From contig JAGWLG010000024.1 of NCBI GenBank assembly GCA_028864975.1, positions 1 through 52,970 on the forward strand: a stretch of 52,970 nt of DNA. Direction: 5' to 3'. The stretch's first letter is position 1. Each line of letters opens with the position of its first letter. The notes beneath the pieces were generated by a model. That model had not been told where the DNA came from and did no database searches. It was given only the letters and a program-made list of their open reading frames with translations. Below, piece after piece: positions 8,986 to 18,310 of the stretch. The DNA comes from Thermoplasmata archaeon. GTDB lineage: Archaea > Thermoplasmatota > Thermoplasmata > Lutacidiplasmatales > UBA184. The translations under genes were made by a program, and so were the position numbers.

Positions 8986-11331
8986 ATGGGGGAGGTCACG
9001 CGACCCCGGCCGCTCTCGCTAGTCCGCGCGCTCGTCCTCGCGGGCGCAGCGATCGCTCTGACCTTCGTGGTCGCGGTGGCCACCCCCGGCGGGGGTGGCC
9101 TTTCTCCCGCTGCCTTGCCTCAGGCGCCCGCGCCTTCGCTCTCTCCGGGGGGAGGGGCAGCCCGCTCCAGTGCCTCCTCTCCGTTCGGCACGTTCTCGGT
9201 CAGCGGCACCCAGCCCTGCTCGTCCGGGTGGAACGGCACCTGCCCGCAGCTCGTCCCCTCCATCCAGGTCTCGCCGTCGGCGATCTGCCTTCGTTGGAGG
9301 ACCTGCAACGGCAACCCCTTCGATGCCAGAGTGACCCTGAACGTCACGGCCAAGGGGACCCCGCTCACCTATCCTCCCAACGTCCAGGTGGTCTTCGTGG
9401 TCGAGACGACCCCCTTCGACGGCGTCTACGATCCCGGCTCGATGGACTACGGAGGTTCCTCTCCCGGGAGCTTCGCCACCGGGGGCCCAGATGATCCCTG
9501 CAGCGCGCCCTGCGTGGAGTCGAACGGGGTCCCCTTCTTCGCCGCCAATGCGGGGACCATCGCCTCGAACATCGCGGCGAAGTACGGGGCCTCGTCCAAC
9601 TCCTGTACGCCGGGCCCGGGGTTGAACTCCGTATGCTTTTCCCTGGTGGACTACTTCGCCGACTGTGTCAACTCCCCGCCGGTGCAGTGCGCGGGCGACA
9701 ACCAGAACGACGCGGACGGGAGCGAGTACAACGTCGATGTCTCGAGCTTCGTCCCGGCGACGACCTTCGGGACGACGGTCAACACCATGATGGTCAGTGG
9801 GTCCCTCTTCGGCGGGCAGTTCAACAACCCCGGCTGCTACGACGGGAACGGCGCCTGGGTCAACTGCGACTCCGATTTCTCCGACAATCTCCTCGACTCC
9901 TCCTCCATCACGGCCCTCTACGGCGCACTGCAAGGGAGCGGGCTCGCCTGGGACCCGAACGCGGACCACGCCATCGTGCTGTTGACCTCGACCGCCCCCC
10001 GGGACCCCGGCTATCAAGTGCAGTACGCTCCTACCTACTCGACCTGGTGGAACCAGGGCCCGAGCGTCACCTGCGAGCCTGCCTACACGTTCCCCGGCGG
10101 GCTCACCTCCCCGCCGTGCATGAGCTGGACCGGGACCGGGGTCGGCTCCTCCATCGCGGCCCTGGCCAAGGCCGCGAACGCGACGGTGAACGTGATCGAC
10201 CTGCCCGACGGGGCAACGGTCGTCAACTCGGGCGACTACAACCTCGGAAACCCGGCCCTCTCGGGGGAAGCGTCGAACGACGTGCAGGCCATCCTGTCGG
10301 CCGGGTGCGACATGGCCGTGGCGACCGGTGGCATGTGGGAGGGGCCGCAGGGGTTCCCCTGCGGGGCCGCGCCCCCTGGGAGCGGCGGGCTGGGGAACCT
10401 GACGATCAGCTGCTCGGGCCAGGTCATCGGATGCATCCCTCAAGGGCAGAACCACGCACCCCCGACCTCCTGGAGCTCCGACCCCGCCCTCGGCTGGGCG
10501 ATCTCGAACATCCAGTTCCCGTTCCTCCACTCCAATCTCGCGGCACGGAACACTCAGGGCGGGGTCTTCCAGTTCACTCCGAGCTCGTACTTCGCGGTCG
10601 ACTCCACTCCCGGAGGAGGGGCCATCGGGACGCCGGGCTATTCGGTGGCCTGCTTCCACCCGGGAGGCCCCGCGCCACCGTGCTCTTCCACGCCCTTCGC
10701 GACCGGGCTCGCCGGCGGAGGTGTGAGCTGGTCCTGGCCGTACAGCACAATGGACCTCGGAGACAGCTGGGTCGGCTCGTTCAACCTCGTCACGGCCGGG
10801 GGGTTCCCCAGTGCGCTCCTGGGCCACACCCTCCCCGTGGACGCGTGCGTGAACGGACCCCCGAACCCCTGGCGCGGGTGCCTGGGCCCGGTCTCGGGCA
10901 CCTTCGCCCAGGAGAACTACACGCGTTTCGACGGATTGGCCGCGATCCACCAGTCGTTCCCGCCGGGGTTCCTCACCGTGACCACGTACCTCGCGTTCCC
11001 CCCTCCACCGCCGCCACCCCCTCCTCCCCCTCCTCCCGCACCCCCCCCGCCGGGCATGCCGGTCCTCAATCCGGTCAACCTCCCTCTCGCCAACCCGCTC
11101 ACCTCCCCGCTCCTCTCGCCCGTGACGAGCCCCGTGGGGAATATCATCAATACCCTCTCGCTCACCGTGAACGTGATGGCCCAGCCGCTGTCGACCGGGC
11201 TCGTCACCGCCGGCTGGGTGGGTGCCATGTCGGTCATGGGGGTCGGGACGAGAGTGAAGCAGCGACGTATGGTGGCGATGCGGAACATGGCCCAGGGGTC
11301 CCGCCCGCCGAGGAGCACCCACGGAACTTGA
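8986..11331 (+). CDS. Secreted/anchored Cys-rich protein with a divergent vWA-like domain, poly-proline linker and C-terminal hydrophobic-basic tail
   Basis: Signal peptide; strand pattern VQVVFVVETT / FSLVDY / AIVLLTST / ATVNVIDL resembles vWA but lacks DxSxS; P12-A-P4 run; tail TGLVTAGWVGAMSVMGVGTRVKQRR. Confidence 0.75.
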   Translation: MGEVTRPRPLSLVRALVLAGAAIALTFVVAVATPGGGGLSPAALPQAPAPSLSPGGGAARSSASSPFGTFSVSGTQPCSSGWNGTCPQLVPSIQVSPSAICLRWRTCNGNPFDARVTLNVTAKGTPLTYPPNVQVVFVVETTPFDGVYDPGSMDYGGSSPGSFATGGPDDPCSAPCVESNGVPFFAANAGTIASNIAAKYGASSNSCTPGPGLNSVCFSLVDYFADCVNSPPVQCAGDNQNDADGSEYNVDVSSFVPATTFGTTVNTMMVSGSLFGGQFNNPGCYDGNGAWVNCDSDFSDNLLDSSSITALYGALQGSGLAWDPNADHAIVLLTSTAPRDPGYQVQYAPTYSTWWNQGPSVTCEPAYTFPGGLTSPPCMSWTGTGVGSSIAALAKAANATVNVIDLPDGATVVNSGDYNLGNPALSGEASNDVQAILSAGCDMAVATGGMWEGPQGFPCGAAPPGSGGLGNLTISCSGQVIGCIPQGQNHAPPTSWSSDPALGWAISNIQFPFLHSNLAARNTQGGVFQFTPSSYFAVDSTPGGGAIGTPGYSVACFHPGGPAPPCSSTPFATGLAGGGVSWSWPYSTMDLGDSWVGSFNLVTAGGFPSALLGHTLPVDACVNGPPNPWRGCLGPVSGTFAQENYTRFDGLAAIHQSFPPGFLTVTTYLAFPPPPPPPPPPPPPAPPPPGMPVLNPVNLPLANPLTSPLLSPVTSPVGNIINTLSLTVNVMAQPLSTGLVTAGWVGAMSVMGVGTRVKQRRMVAMRNMAQGSRPPRSTHGT

Positions 11332-11391
11332 CCGGGCGGGGGCGAGCGCGGTCTCACGACCCTCTTGCCCCCTGGATCCGAAGGGGTTCGA

Positions 11392-11411
11392 CTTCGGTCA
11401 GGTCTCGACCC
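11392..11411 (+). repeat. Copy 1 of a 20-bp direct repeat (19/20 identical to 12422..12441)
   Basis: CTTCGGTCAGGTCTCGACCC versus CTTCGGTCAGGGCTCGACCC. Confidence 0.45.
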
Positions 11412-11552
11412 AGTCGGCGAGCCCTATCGAGAGGCGCGGGGCGCCAAGGCATCCGAAGGCGAGCTTCGAGGACAGGGACGCGCCCCCGAACCTGAGAGCG
11501 GTTATCGTGATCCGAGCGGAGTCGGTCGGCCCTGGCCCAGCAGCCGACGGCG

Positions 11553-11810
11553 CTACGCGTGGGCCTTACCATTAGCCGGGGGAATGTGGGTGGCGCCCAC
11601 TTCGTTCCCCAGGCCGAACAGCCCCTTGGCCTTCGCCGCCTTTTCGGCCGATGCCCAACCTCGGGGCGTCAAGGAGGTCTCCCCGCAACGGGGGCACTCG
11701 TGAACTGGGAACAGGCCCAGTGAGACCCCATGGACGATGACCTCCTTCTTCCCCGGGCGGACGCGGTCCCCGCACTCGGGGCATAGTCGGATGGGCTTAC
11801 GGGTCGTCAT
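11553..11810 (-). CDS. YgiT/MqsA-type zinc finger protein (putative antitoxin)
   Basis: CPECG...VHGV...VHECPRCGE, the YgiT-type zinc-finger signature; start overlaps the upstream stop. Confidence 0.85.
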   Translation of the reverse strand: MTTRKPIRLCPECGDRVRPGKKEVIVHGVSLGLFPVHECPRCGETSLTPRGWASAEKAAKAKGLFGLGNEVGATHIPPANGKAHA

Positions 11811-12037
11811 CGTCTCACTCCCGGGAATGCGGTCTTGACCCTAATAAGACACTGGAGGAGTTTCACCTTGATGTGCCATTCACGATACACGATGTCGTAA
11901 GCGGGTCCACCCTCGGCCACCCAGATCCCCTCCCGCACCATCCGCTCGACGTCCGTCCAGGCCAGCCCCCGGTCGAAGAGCATCTCGAGGGGGTGTCCGA
12001 GGATAGGTTCGATCAGGCACTTCTTCCTCGGGTCCAT
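11807..12037 (-). CDS. Small DUF4258-like putative toxin
   Basis: 76 aa; HPLEMLFDRGLAWTDVERMVREG resembles the H(A)..RM..R.I...DV...I..G pattern; ends IRVKTAF; coupled to the YgiT-type gene. Confidence 0.65.
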   Translation of the reverse strand: MDPRKKCLIEPILGHPLEMLFDRGLAWTDVERMVREGIWVAEGGPAYDIVYREWHIKVKLLQCLIRVKTAFPGVRR

Positions 12038-12421
12038 GGACTCGTCCGGCCTCCTCGCGGAGGCAGGAGGGCGAGCGAGAGGTCATGAACGCGATGGTCA
12101 TGCGCTCGTGTGATCGGTGCCCTCGGGCCCAGGTGGCCGCGATCTCACGCTCCGACAGGTGCAACGCGACAGCGAAGGGCACGTCCAATCTCGGGATATG
12201 CGCGGATCCATGGGAAGACGGACCCTCATCGGTTCGCGGCGCCCTCCCGCGGGAACCCGTGGCCCCCGCGTACACGTGGGGGAGGCCGTTAGCCGTGAGG
12301 GCGTGCTCAACGCCCTGGGCAAGGACCTCCTGGTGCACCCTTGCAAGTCGAATCGACCGCACCCCTGCCGAGTCCCACCGCAGCGTGCTTGACGGGGCTC
12401 CGTCCCCAGCGATCGGACAGC

Positions 12422-12441
12422 CTTCGGTCAGGGCTCGACCC
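12422..12441 (+). repeat. Copy 2 of the 20-bp direct repeat
   Basis: 19/20 match to 11392..11411. Confidence 0.45.
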
Positions 12442-12563
12442 CGGGGGGGCCGCAGGCAGGAGAGCGTGGTCTCTCATGGACACAGGGGTCGAAGAACCCG
12501 AGAATCCCCCCGGAAAGCTAGGGGGCCCATCCGTCGCCGGTGCGGCCCACCGTTCCGCGTGGG

Positions 12564-13016
12564 TCACTTGCGAACGACGAACTGCACCTCGCAGTCGGCC
12601 CAGGCCCGCTTGTCCTTCCACGGGTTCCCCGGATAGACCTCGCGCGGCCACTCCACGCTCTTGATCTCGCCGTACTTCTTCCGCCACCGTACCCAGTCGC
12701 TCAGGCCGTGGTAGACGATCCGCGACGAGAGCTTCTCCGGATCGAAGGCGACCTTGGCGACGTGGGCCGGGGGGAGGGTCTTCAGGCGGACCCGTCCCTC
12801 GGCCCTCGCTCTCCCCCGGTACTCGAGGCAGGCCTCCCAGCGGTTCCCACCGCGTTCGAGGAACACGTATCGCCCCCGTCGTACCCCTTGGCGCTCGGCC
12901 CAGTGCTCGAGCTCCTCGAACTCGGTGCGAAGGTTGTCCTCCTTCCAAGGCCCGACGCGGACGATCGACGCGACGCGATAGCTCGGCGACCGGCTCAAGA
13001 CGAAATCCACGACCAT
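12564..13016 (-). CDS. GyrI-like small-molecule-binding domain protein
   Basis: Start MVVDF at 13016; RVASIVRVGPW, LPPAHVAKVAF, YHGLSDW, PREVYPGNP and CEVQFVV match the two-fold GyrI-like pattern. Confidence 0.75.
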   Translation of the reverse strand: MVVDFVLSRSPSYRVASIVRVGPWKEDNLRTEFEELEHWAERQGVRRGRYVFLERGGNRWEACLEYRGRARAEGRVRLKTLPPAHVAKVAFDPEKLSSRIVYHGLSDWVRWRKKYGEIKSVEWPREVYPGNPWKDKRAWADCEVQFVVRK

Positions 13017-13128
13017 GTTGCGACCTCCGTGGGGATCGACCCCGAGCTCCACACTGTCTCAGAGGAGATAGCCCTGGAGCCGCCCGTGGGCGGTCCTACT
13101 CAAATAGCCTCATCGCGTCCATCGTAGC

Positions 13129-13896
13129 GTGCCCCTCGTCGACGCCCAGGTGCGCGCTCGCCACCCCTGCGCGTACACCGAGGTCTGCCTGGAGGCTCCC
13201 GGTTCGACGTTGCTTCGCTGGTTCGACCTCGGTCGTAACGTCCTCCTCCTCTCGAATCGCACCTCTCGAGGGCTTGAACGGCTGCTCAAGGGGGTCCGCG
13301 AGGTGTTCCGGGCCTCTTGTCTCGCGAGAGAGGGGCTCGAGGCGGTGGCGGTCGTGCCCGATCTGGGCTGGACGGACCCTCGCTCCCTCGAAGGGTCGGC
13401 CGGTCGAACGGGTGTTTGGATCGTGCCCCCCATCACCATCCAGGAAGGTCAAGAGAGCTGCCGCGTGGTCGCCCGGGACCCACGGGCGCTGCGCGGTTTC
13501 ACCGACGGCCTGAGGCGGAGCGGGCCTGTGGAGCTCCTGGCGGTCACTTCGAGAGGCGACATCGCCGCCTTGATGGACCCCTCAGGGATCGCGGCCCATC
13601 TGTTCGAGGGCATGTCCGACCCCCAGGTACGTTCCCTGGTCGCTGCATGGGATGGGGGGCTCTTCCACGTCCCGGCAAGGGCGCGCTGGGGGGAGGTCTC
13701 CGACCGCCTCCGTCTCTCGCGTTCGACCTTCGGCGAGCATGTCCGGAAGGGACAGTTCCACCTCGTCCAGAACGCGATCCCCGCGCTCCGCTTCCGAGCC
13801 TCGAGGGTCCCCGAGCGCATCGCGCTCCCTTCCCTCCCCCCGCCGACGACGAGAAGAAAGGCCCCCCAGCGTGGGACCCGCTCCGGCCCGGGCTAG
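13129..13896 (+). CDS. Bacterio-opsin-activator-type (HTH_10) transcriptional regulator
   Basis: C-terminal MSDPQVRSLVAAWDGGLFHVPARARWGEVSDRLRLSRSTFGEHVRKG corresponds to LT..Q...L..A...GYF..PR......ELA..LGIS..T..EHLRKA. Confidence 0.82.
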   Translation: MPLVDAQVRARHPCAYTEVCLEAPGSTLLRWFDLGRNVLLLSNRTSRGLERLLKGVREVFRASCLAREGLEAVAVVPDLGWTDPRSLEGSAGRTGVWIVPPITIQEGQESCRVVARDPRALRGFTDGLRRSGPVELLAVTSRGDIAALMDPSGIAAHLFEGMSDPQVRSLVAAWDGGLFHVPARARWGEVSDRLRLSRSTFGEHVRKGQFHLVQNAIPALRFRASRVPERIALPSLPPPTTRRKAPQRGTRSGPG

Positions 13897-14618
13897 GGCT
13901 CGACCCAGTGGGCGTACCGGAGCGAGAGGAGCGCGGCCAACCCCGCGAAGGCCCCCAGGTACCCGAACGCGAAGATCTCCTGGGAGAGCGGGATCGGCCC
14001 GAACCCCAGAGCGGCCCGGGCGACCTGGGCGGCGTCCGTGGTTGGCGCCAGCAGGGCGATCGGTCTCCAGAAGGGAGGAAGCCGGTCCAGCGGATAGTAC
14101 ACGGGAGGAAGCAGGCCTAGGGCAAGGCCGACCAGATTCCCCACCTGGTTCACCCGGGTCACGCTCTTCGCCGCGAGCCCGGCGCTGAACCCCACGAAGA
14201 GCATCCCTGTCCACAGCAGGAGCAGCGCCGCCATCGCCAAGAGGACCCCCTGGACGGAGAGCGGCACGAAGATGGCGAGGGCGACCGCGGCCATCACGAG
14301 CGAGGGGGAGCTCAGGAACGTCGCATAGAGCGCGGTCCCCACGGCGAAGGAAGCCGGGCGCATGGGGGAGGAGACCAGGAAGTCCTGGATGTGGTGGTGG
14401 ACCCGGTTCCAGTATACGATGGGCGCACCCGCGATCCCCGCGCCCGTCAAGGCGAAGACCAGCACGCCGGGAAGGGCGGCGATCGCGCCCGCGGTCCCGA
14501 TGAAGATCAAAAGGAACATCACCGGCAGGAACGAGATGATGACCGTGAAGAGGAGCCCCGTCGGGTCCTTCGCATCCTGGTGGATGTGAAAGAGCGCGAA
14601 GTGGACCGTCTCACCCAT
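13893..14618 (-). CDS. ABC-2 type transporter permease
   Basis: About six TM segments; LLPPVYYPLDRLPPFWRPIALLAPTT is the ABC-2 C-terminal motif; overlaps the ATPase stop. Confidence 0.88.
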   Translation of the reverse strand: MGETVHFALFHIHQDAKDPTGLLFTVIISFLPVMFLLIFIGTAGAIAALPGVLVFALTGAGIAGAPIVYWNRVHHHIQDFLVSSPMRPASFAVGTALYATFLSSPSLVMAAVALAIFVPLSVQGVLLAMAALLLLWTGMLFVGFSAGLAAKSVTRVNQVGNLVGLALGLLPPVYYPLDRLPPFWRPIALLAPTTDAAQVARAALGFGPIPLSQEIFAFGYLGAFAGLAALLSLRYAHWVEP

Positions 14619-15501
14619 CCGGTTCGTCAAGGGGACCTCCGACCCGGCGCATGAACGCGTCCTCCAGGCTGGGGGGGCGGACCGAGACCTTCCGGCCCTC
14701 CCGCTGCCCTCGCTGCACCACGGCGAGGAGCTCCTCGTCGTTGCGGACGGCGATCGTCTCGGCGTGTCCGTTCGCCCCTTGAAGGGAGGAAGGAGGTGCC
14801 AGGTCGACCATCGTGGAGGAGCCCGAGCCGGTGATGGCCTCGTGCACCGTCCCCTCGAAGAGGACGCGCCCCCTGTCGATGATCGCGAGCCGGTCGGCGA
14901 GCGCCTCGACCTCGTCCAGGTAATGGGAGGTCAGCAGGAAGGTGCAGCCATCGCGCTTGAGCCGACGCAAGATCCTCCAGATGCCCCGCCGGGCGATCGG
15001 GTCGAGCCCGATCGTAGGCTCGTCCAGGAAGAGCAGCTCCGGGCGGACGACGAAGGCGTAGGCGATGACCACCCGCTGCTTCGTCCCTCCCGAAAGGTCG
15101 AAGATCATCTTGTGCCGATGCTCCCACAGGTCCAGGTCGCGAAGCACCTCGTCGGTCCTGCGACGCGCTTCTTCGCGCGCCACTCCCCGGATGCGCGCGA
15201 TGCGGTAGACCGCCTCGTCGGGGGTGTTCCAGCCGTGGGGGATGGCGCCTTGGGGCACGACCGCGATGTGGTCGCGGATCGCCCAGGGGTCGCGCACAAC
15301 GTCGTGGCCCATGACCCGGGCCGTCCCTTCGTTGGGAGCGAGCTGCGTCGCGAGGATCCTCAGCAGCGTGGTCTTCCCGGCGCCGTTGCGGCCGAGAAGG
15401 CAGTAGATCTCGCCCTCGCGTACGCTAAGCGAGACGTCCTGGAGCGCCCGGGTCCCCCCCGGGTAGGTCTTGCCCAGAGCCTGGGCTTCGATCACCGACA
15501 T
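14611..15501 (-). CDS. ABC transporter ATP-binding protein (DrrA/CcmA-like exporter)
   Basis: Walker A GRNGAGKTT, signature LSGGTKQR, Walker B LLFLDEPT, H-loop LTSHY. Confidence 0.95.
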   Translation of the reverse strand: MSVIEAQALGKTYPGGTRALQDVSLSVREGEIYCLLGRNGAGKTTLLRILATQLAPNEGTARVMGHDVVRDPWAIRDHIAVVPQGAIPHGWNTPDEAVYRIARIRGVAREEARRRTDEVLRDLDLWEHRHKMIFDLSGGTKQRVVIAYAFVVRPELLFLDEPTIGLDPIARRGIWRILRRLKRDGCTFLLTSHYLDEVEALADRLAIIDRGRVLFEGTVHEAITGSGSSTMVDLAPPSSLQGANGHAETIAVRNDEELLAVVQRGQREGRKVSVRPPSLEDAFMRRVGGPLDEPDG

Positions 15502-15917
15502 GTTCCTTGACTCCAGGAATCATCGCCGTTCCCAGCAACGCGCGTCCACTTGAAACTTCGGGTGGCCCGTGCTTTAGGCCCGCGCCCGGTGCAGGCCATT
15601 ACAGGCCTTCCTTGTAGGGTCCCGTTCCAAGGCATCTCCGAAGAGGGGGCCCCTGGGGCGCCCGGCGGGATCCGATGGTCGAAGGACTCCCTCAGGGCCC
15701 CCACCGCCCATGACCACGTGCGTCGCTGCATGCGTCGCGGGGTCCGTACCGACGGGGACCTGGTGCGGACGGTGCCCGGGGCTCCGTGCCTCCTTCCGGC
15801 CCGTACGCGTCGCCCTCGAGGACCGGGGGGGCCCGGTGGGGCTCCCCCTCCTCGCTTTGTGAGGTGGTCGAGCGAACCCATATGAGCGGGGGGGCGATGG
15901 GATGGACGAGGAGCCCG

Positions 15918-16133
15918 ATGCCGAAGCGCCTTGCCCATGACGAATCCATTTCTCGCATGCCTCCCGAGCGGGAGATGAAGCGGCACCGCGGAGAGTGGGT
16001 GGCCATCGTGGACCGAAAGGTCGTCGCCGCAGGGAAGGACCTGAAGCGTGTCCTCCAGGCGGGCAGGAAGGCCTCCCCTCGCCACGAGCCCTTCATGTTC
16101 CACGTTCTCGAGCAGGACTCCCTCTTGCTCTAG
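15918..16133 (+). CDS. DUF5678-family small protein
   Basis: HRGEWVAIVDRKVVAAGKDLKRVL matches Y.GKWVAI....VVA.G.....V; GAGGAG RBS precedes ATG 15918 (alternative ATG at 15882). Confidence 0.8.
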   Translation: MPKRLAHDESISRMPPEREMKRHRGEWVAIVDRKVVAAGKDLKRVLQAGRKASPRHEPFMFHVLEQDSLLL

Positions 16134-16144
16134 GGGGGGTCGGC

Positions 16145-16605
16145 CTGCCGACAGACTCCCGTCGGAGTTGGGGGAAGACCCTCGTCTTCCCCTATCAGGA
16201 GGTAATCTATGGGAAGCGTCGGGAGATGGCCCCCGCCCTCGACGTGAGGTTGACCTGGGGACGCGCAAAGCTCGAGACCAGGATGGTCTTGGGCACCGGC
16301 TCGACATTCTCTGCCCTTCCTTCCGAGGTAGCGAGATCCTCGACCTGGAGCTGGGGGAATCCACCGTGGAGCGTGCTGCGGTCGGTGGTCCCGTTCCCGC
16401 CAGGACCTCCCGAGTTCACCTCCAGGTCCTCGCGCCCGGCTCCGAACGCACCGTGCTGTCGTTCCCTCTGAACCCGGTCTCGGTCACTGCGAAGGGGAGG
16501 GACACCCCCGTGGCACTCCTCGGGCGGAAGCCGTTCTTCCAGCACTATGCCCTGTTCCTGTACGAGTACCGGCGAGAATTCGTTCTCCAAGAAGCGCCGA
16601 CCTGA
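16145..16605 (+). pseudogene. Retropepsin-like (clan AA) aspartic protease, frameshifted and lacking the catalytic Asp; start approximate
   Basis: FPY...PALDVRL...MVL-G-TGSTFSALPSEVA (GGC at 16292-16294 where GAC is expected); one-base frameshift at 16333 continues as EILDL...AAVGG...ALLGRKPFFQHY. Confidence 0.78.
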
Positions 16606-17219
16606 GTCCTGCGCACCGTTCGTTCCTCCCTTCGCCAGGAACAAAGACGTGCGATCCCCGCCAGAACAGGGCAGCCGCCCCGAGACAACCGAAGAGGCAT
16701 CCCCACGAGGCCGCGCACCGTGACGGGCACCTTGTGGCCCGCGAAGGTGCGTCGACCGGTGCGGTCGGACCATCGAGCGGGACCGCAGCCTCAAGGTGGG
16801 TGGGGACCTCGGCTCCGAGTCGCGCGAGAAAGGGATTCCTGAACGGGTTCCCGACGGGGGACGTGGAAGCACGGAAACTGCCCCTCACCTACCGCCATCC
16901 TCTGCAGGGCACCCGCGCGATTCCCGAACGGCGGGAACGGGCATGGGACGCGGTTCGTACCTGCTGGCGCACTTTCGGCTTGCGCAGAGGCCGCCGAAGA
17001 CCCTGCCGGAGGCGTCCCCTCTGAGCTCTGCACCTCGAGACGCGCTCTCGCTCAGCCAGCCCGTGGGGGGCACGAGGAGCGCATGGCCAGTCGCGACCTG
17101 CGCCAGGGTCTTGTCCAACGGGTAAACCTACTCTCGGCAGCTGAGACCCATGGCCGCGGTCCTTGCGTGTTCTTCTTGTGGGCTGTCCCTGTCGTGCCCC
17201 CTCAGGGAGCGGGAGCGCC

Positions 17220-18245
17220 TTGGACCTCTTCACCCACGTGATCTTCGCCTACCTCCTCTCCTTCGTCCTGTGGGGCCCGGCGACCCCGTGGTACATTGCC
17301 GCGGGAGCGATGGCCGGAGGGCTACCGGATTCGGACGTGCTGTTCTATCCGCTGGCCAAGCGGTTCCCGCTCCTGCGGCACCACGGCATCACCCACTCCA
17401 TCCTGGGGGCCACCGCGGTCGCGGGAGCGGGCTCGGTCATCGTCCCGTACATCCTAGCGCCCTTCATCCCCGGGACTCCCACGGACCTCGCCGCGGGGAC
17501 CACGCTCCGCTTCTTCGTCGCGATGCTCCTGGGCGGTCTCTCGCACGTCTTCCTGGACGGCTTCACCCACTTCTCCGTGCCCCCGCTCGCTCCTTTCTCT
17601 CACCGCGAGTTCGCGCTGCACGCCGACCGGGCGATCAATCTCGGCATGACCGCCCTGACGGTCGCGACGCTGGTGACCTTGATCTGGGAGAACCGAAACC
17701 CCTCGGTCGTTCCCGTCTCGCTCTGGATCGAGACGGCGTGGGTCCTCGTGGTGATCTACGGCGGCTACCTCGTGGCCCGCGGGCTCGGTCGATGGCGGGC
17801 GGGAGAAGCGAGGGCGAGCGGGGGCTACTCGGCCGTGATCCCTACGGGCAATCCCGTCGTGTGGTTCCTTGTGGACGAAACGATCACTCCCGAGAGGTAC
17901 CACCTCCGCTACCGTCGGTACGTCCTTGGGAAGGGATACACGATGCCGGAGCGGACCGTCGACGTCGCGAAGTCGCCCCGAGGGACCGGCCCGGTCCTGA
18001 CCCCGCAGGAGGCATTGAACCGCAGCTACGCTCCTGCGATGCAGAAGAACGGCTTCCTGCACTCGAGCTATCACTTCGGCGAGGCCGAGCGGAAGGGAGC
18101 TTTCTTCGAAGTGGTCTGGTACTCGATCGAGTTCGCGATGCTGGGGCGAGCTCCGGGCGTCCGCGTTCGGGTCGAGGCGGAGTCGGGGAAGGTACAGTTC
18201 GTCGGCGGCAACTTCCTGCGTCCCCCCGCGGCCGCGGGGATTTAG
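17220..18245 (+). CDS. Membrane-bound metal-dependent hydrolase (YdjM/DUF457-like)
   Basis: TTG start gives MDLFTH; LPDSD, HHGITHSI and SHVFLD are the conserved metal-binding motifs; several TM helices. Confidence 0.85.
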   Translation: MDLFTHVIFAYLLSFVLWGPATPWYIAAGAMAGGLPDSDVLFYPLAKRFPLLRHHGITHSILGATAVAGAGSVIVPYILAPFIPGTPTDLAAGTTLRFFVAMLLGGLSHVFLDGFTHFSVPPLAPFSHREFALHADRAINLGMTALTVATLVTLIWENRNPSVVPVSLWIETAWVLVVIYGGYLVARGLGRWRAGEARASGGYSAVIPTGNPVVWFLVDETITPERYHLRYRRYVLGKGYTMPERTVDVAKSPRGTGPVLTPQEALNRSYAPAMQKNGFLHSSYHFGEAERKGAFFEVVWYSIEFAMLGRAPGVRVRVEAESGKVQFVGGNFLRPPAAAGI

Positions 18246-18277
18246 GGGGCGGAGGGGTCCTTCCTGGGACCAAGGCC

Positions 18278-18283
18278 TTTTAA
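18278..18283 (+). promoter_or_regulatory. TATA box of the tRNA-His gene
   Basis: TTTTAA about 28 nt upstream of the tRNA 5' end. Confidence 0.7.
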
Positions 18284-18310
18284 CGGCGCCATCATGGCTT
18301 ACCACGAAGC

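Noticed and set aside
10996-11054. C-rich low-complexity tract as a contingency or tandem repeat
   Set aside because: It uses mixed Pro codons (CCC/CCT/CCA/CCG), so it is a protein-level poly-proline linker and not a slippage tract.
11880-12362. Minus-strand ORF upstream of the DUF4258-like gene
   Set aside because: It runs out of frame through the toxin gene and has no recognisable family; at most a remnant.
13895-13914. AGGGCTCGACCCAGTGGGCG, an 18/20 match to 11400..11419
   Set aside because: It lies in the last codons of the ABC permease (AHWVEP*), so it is explained by coding constraint or chance.
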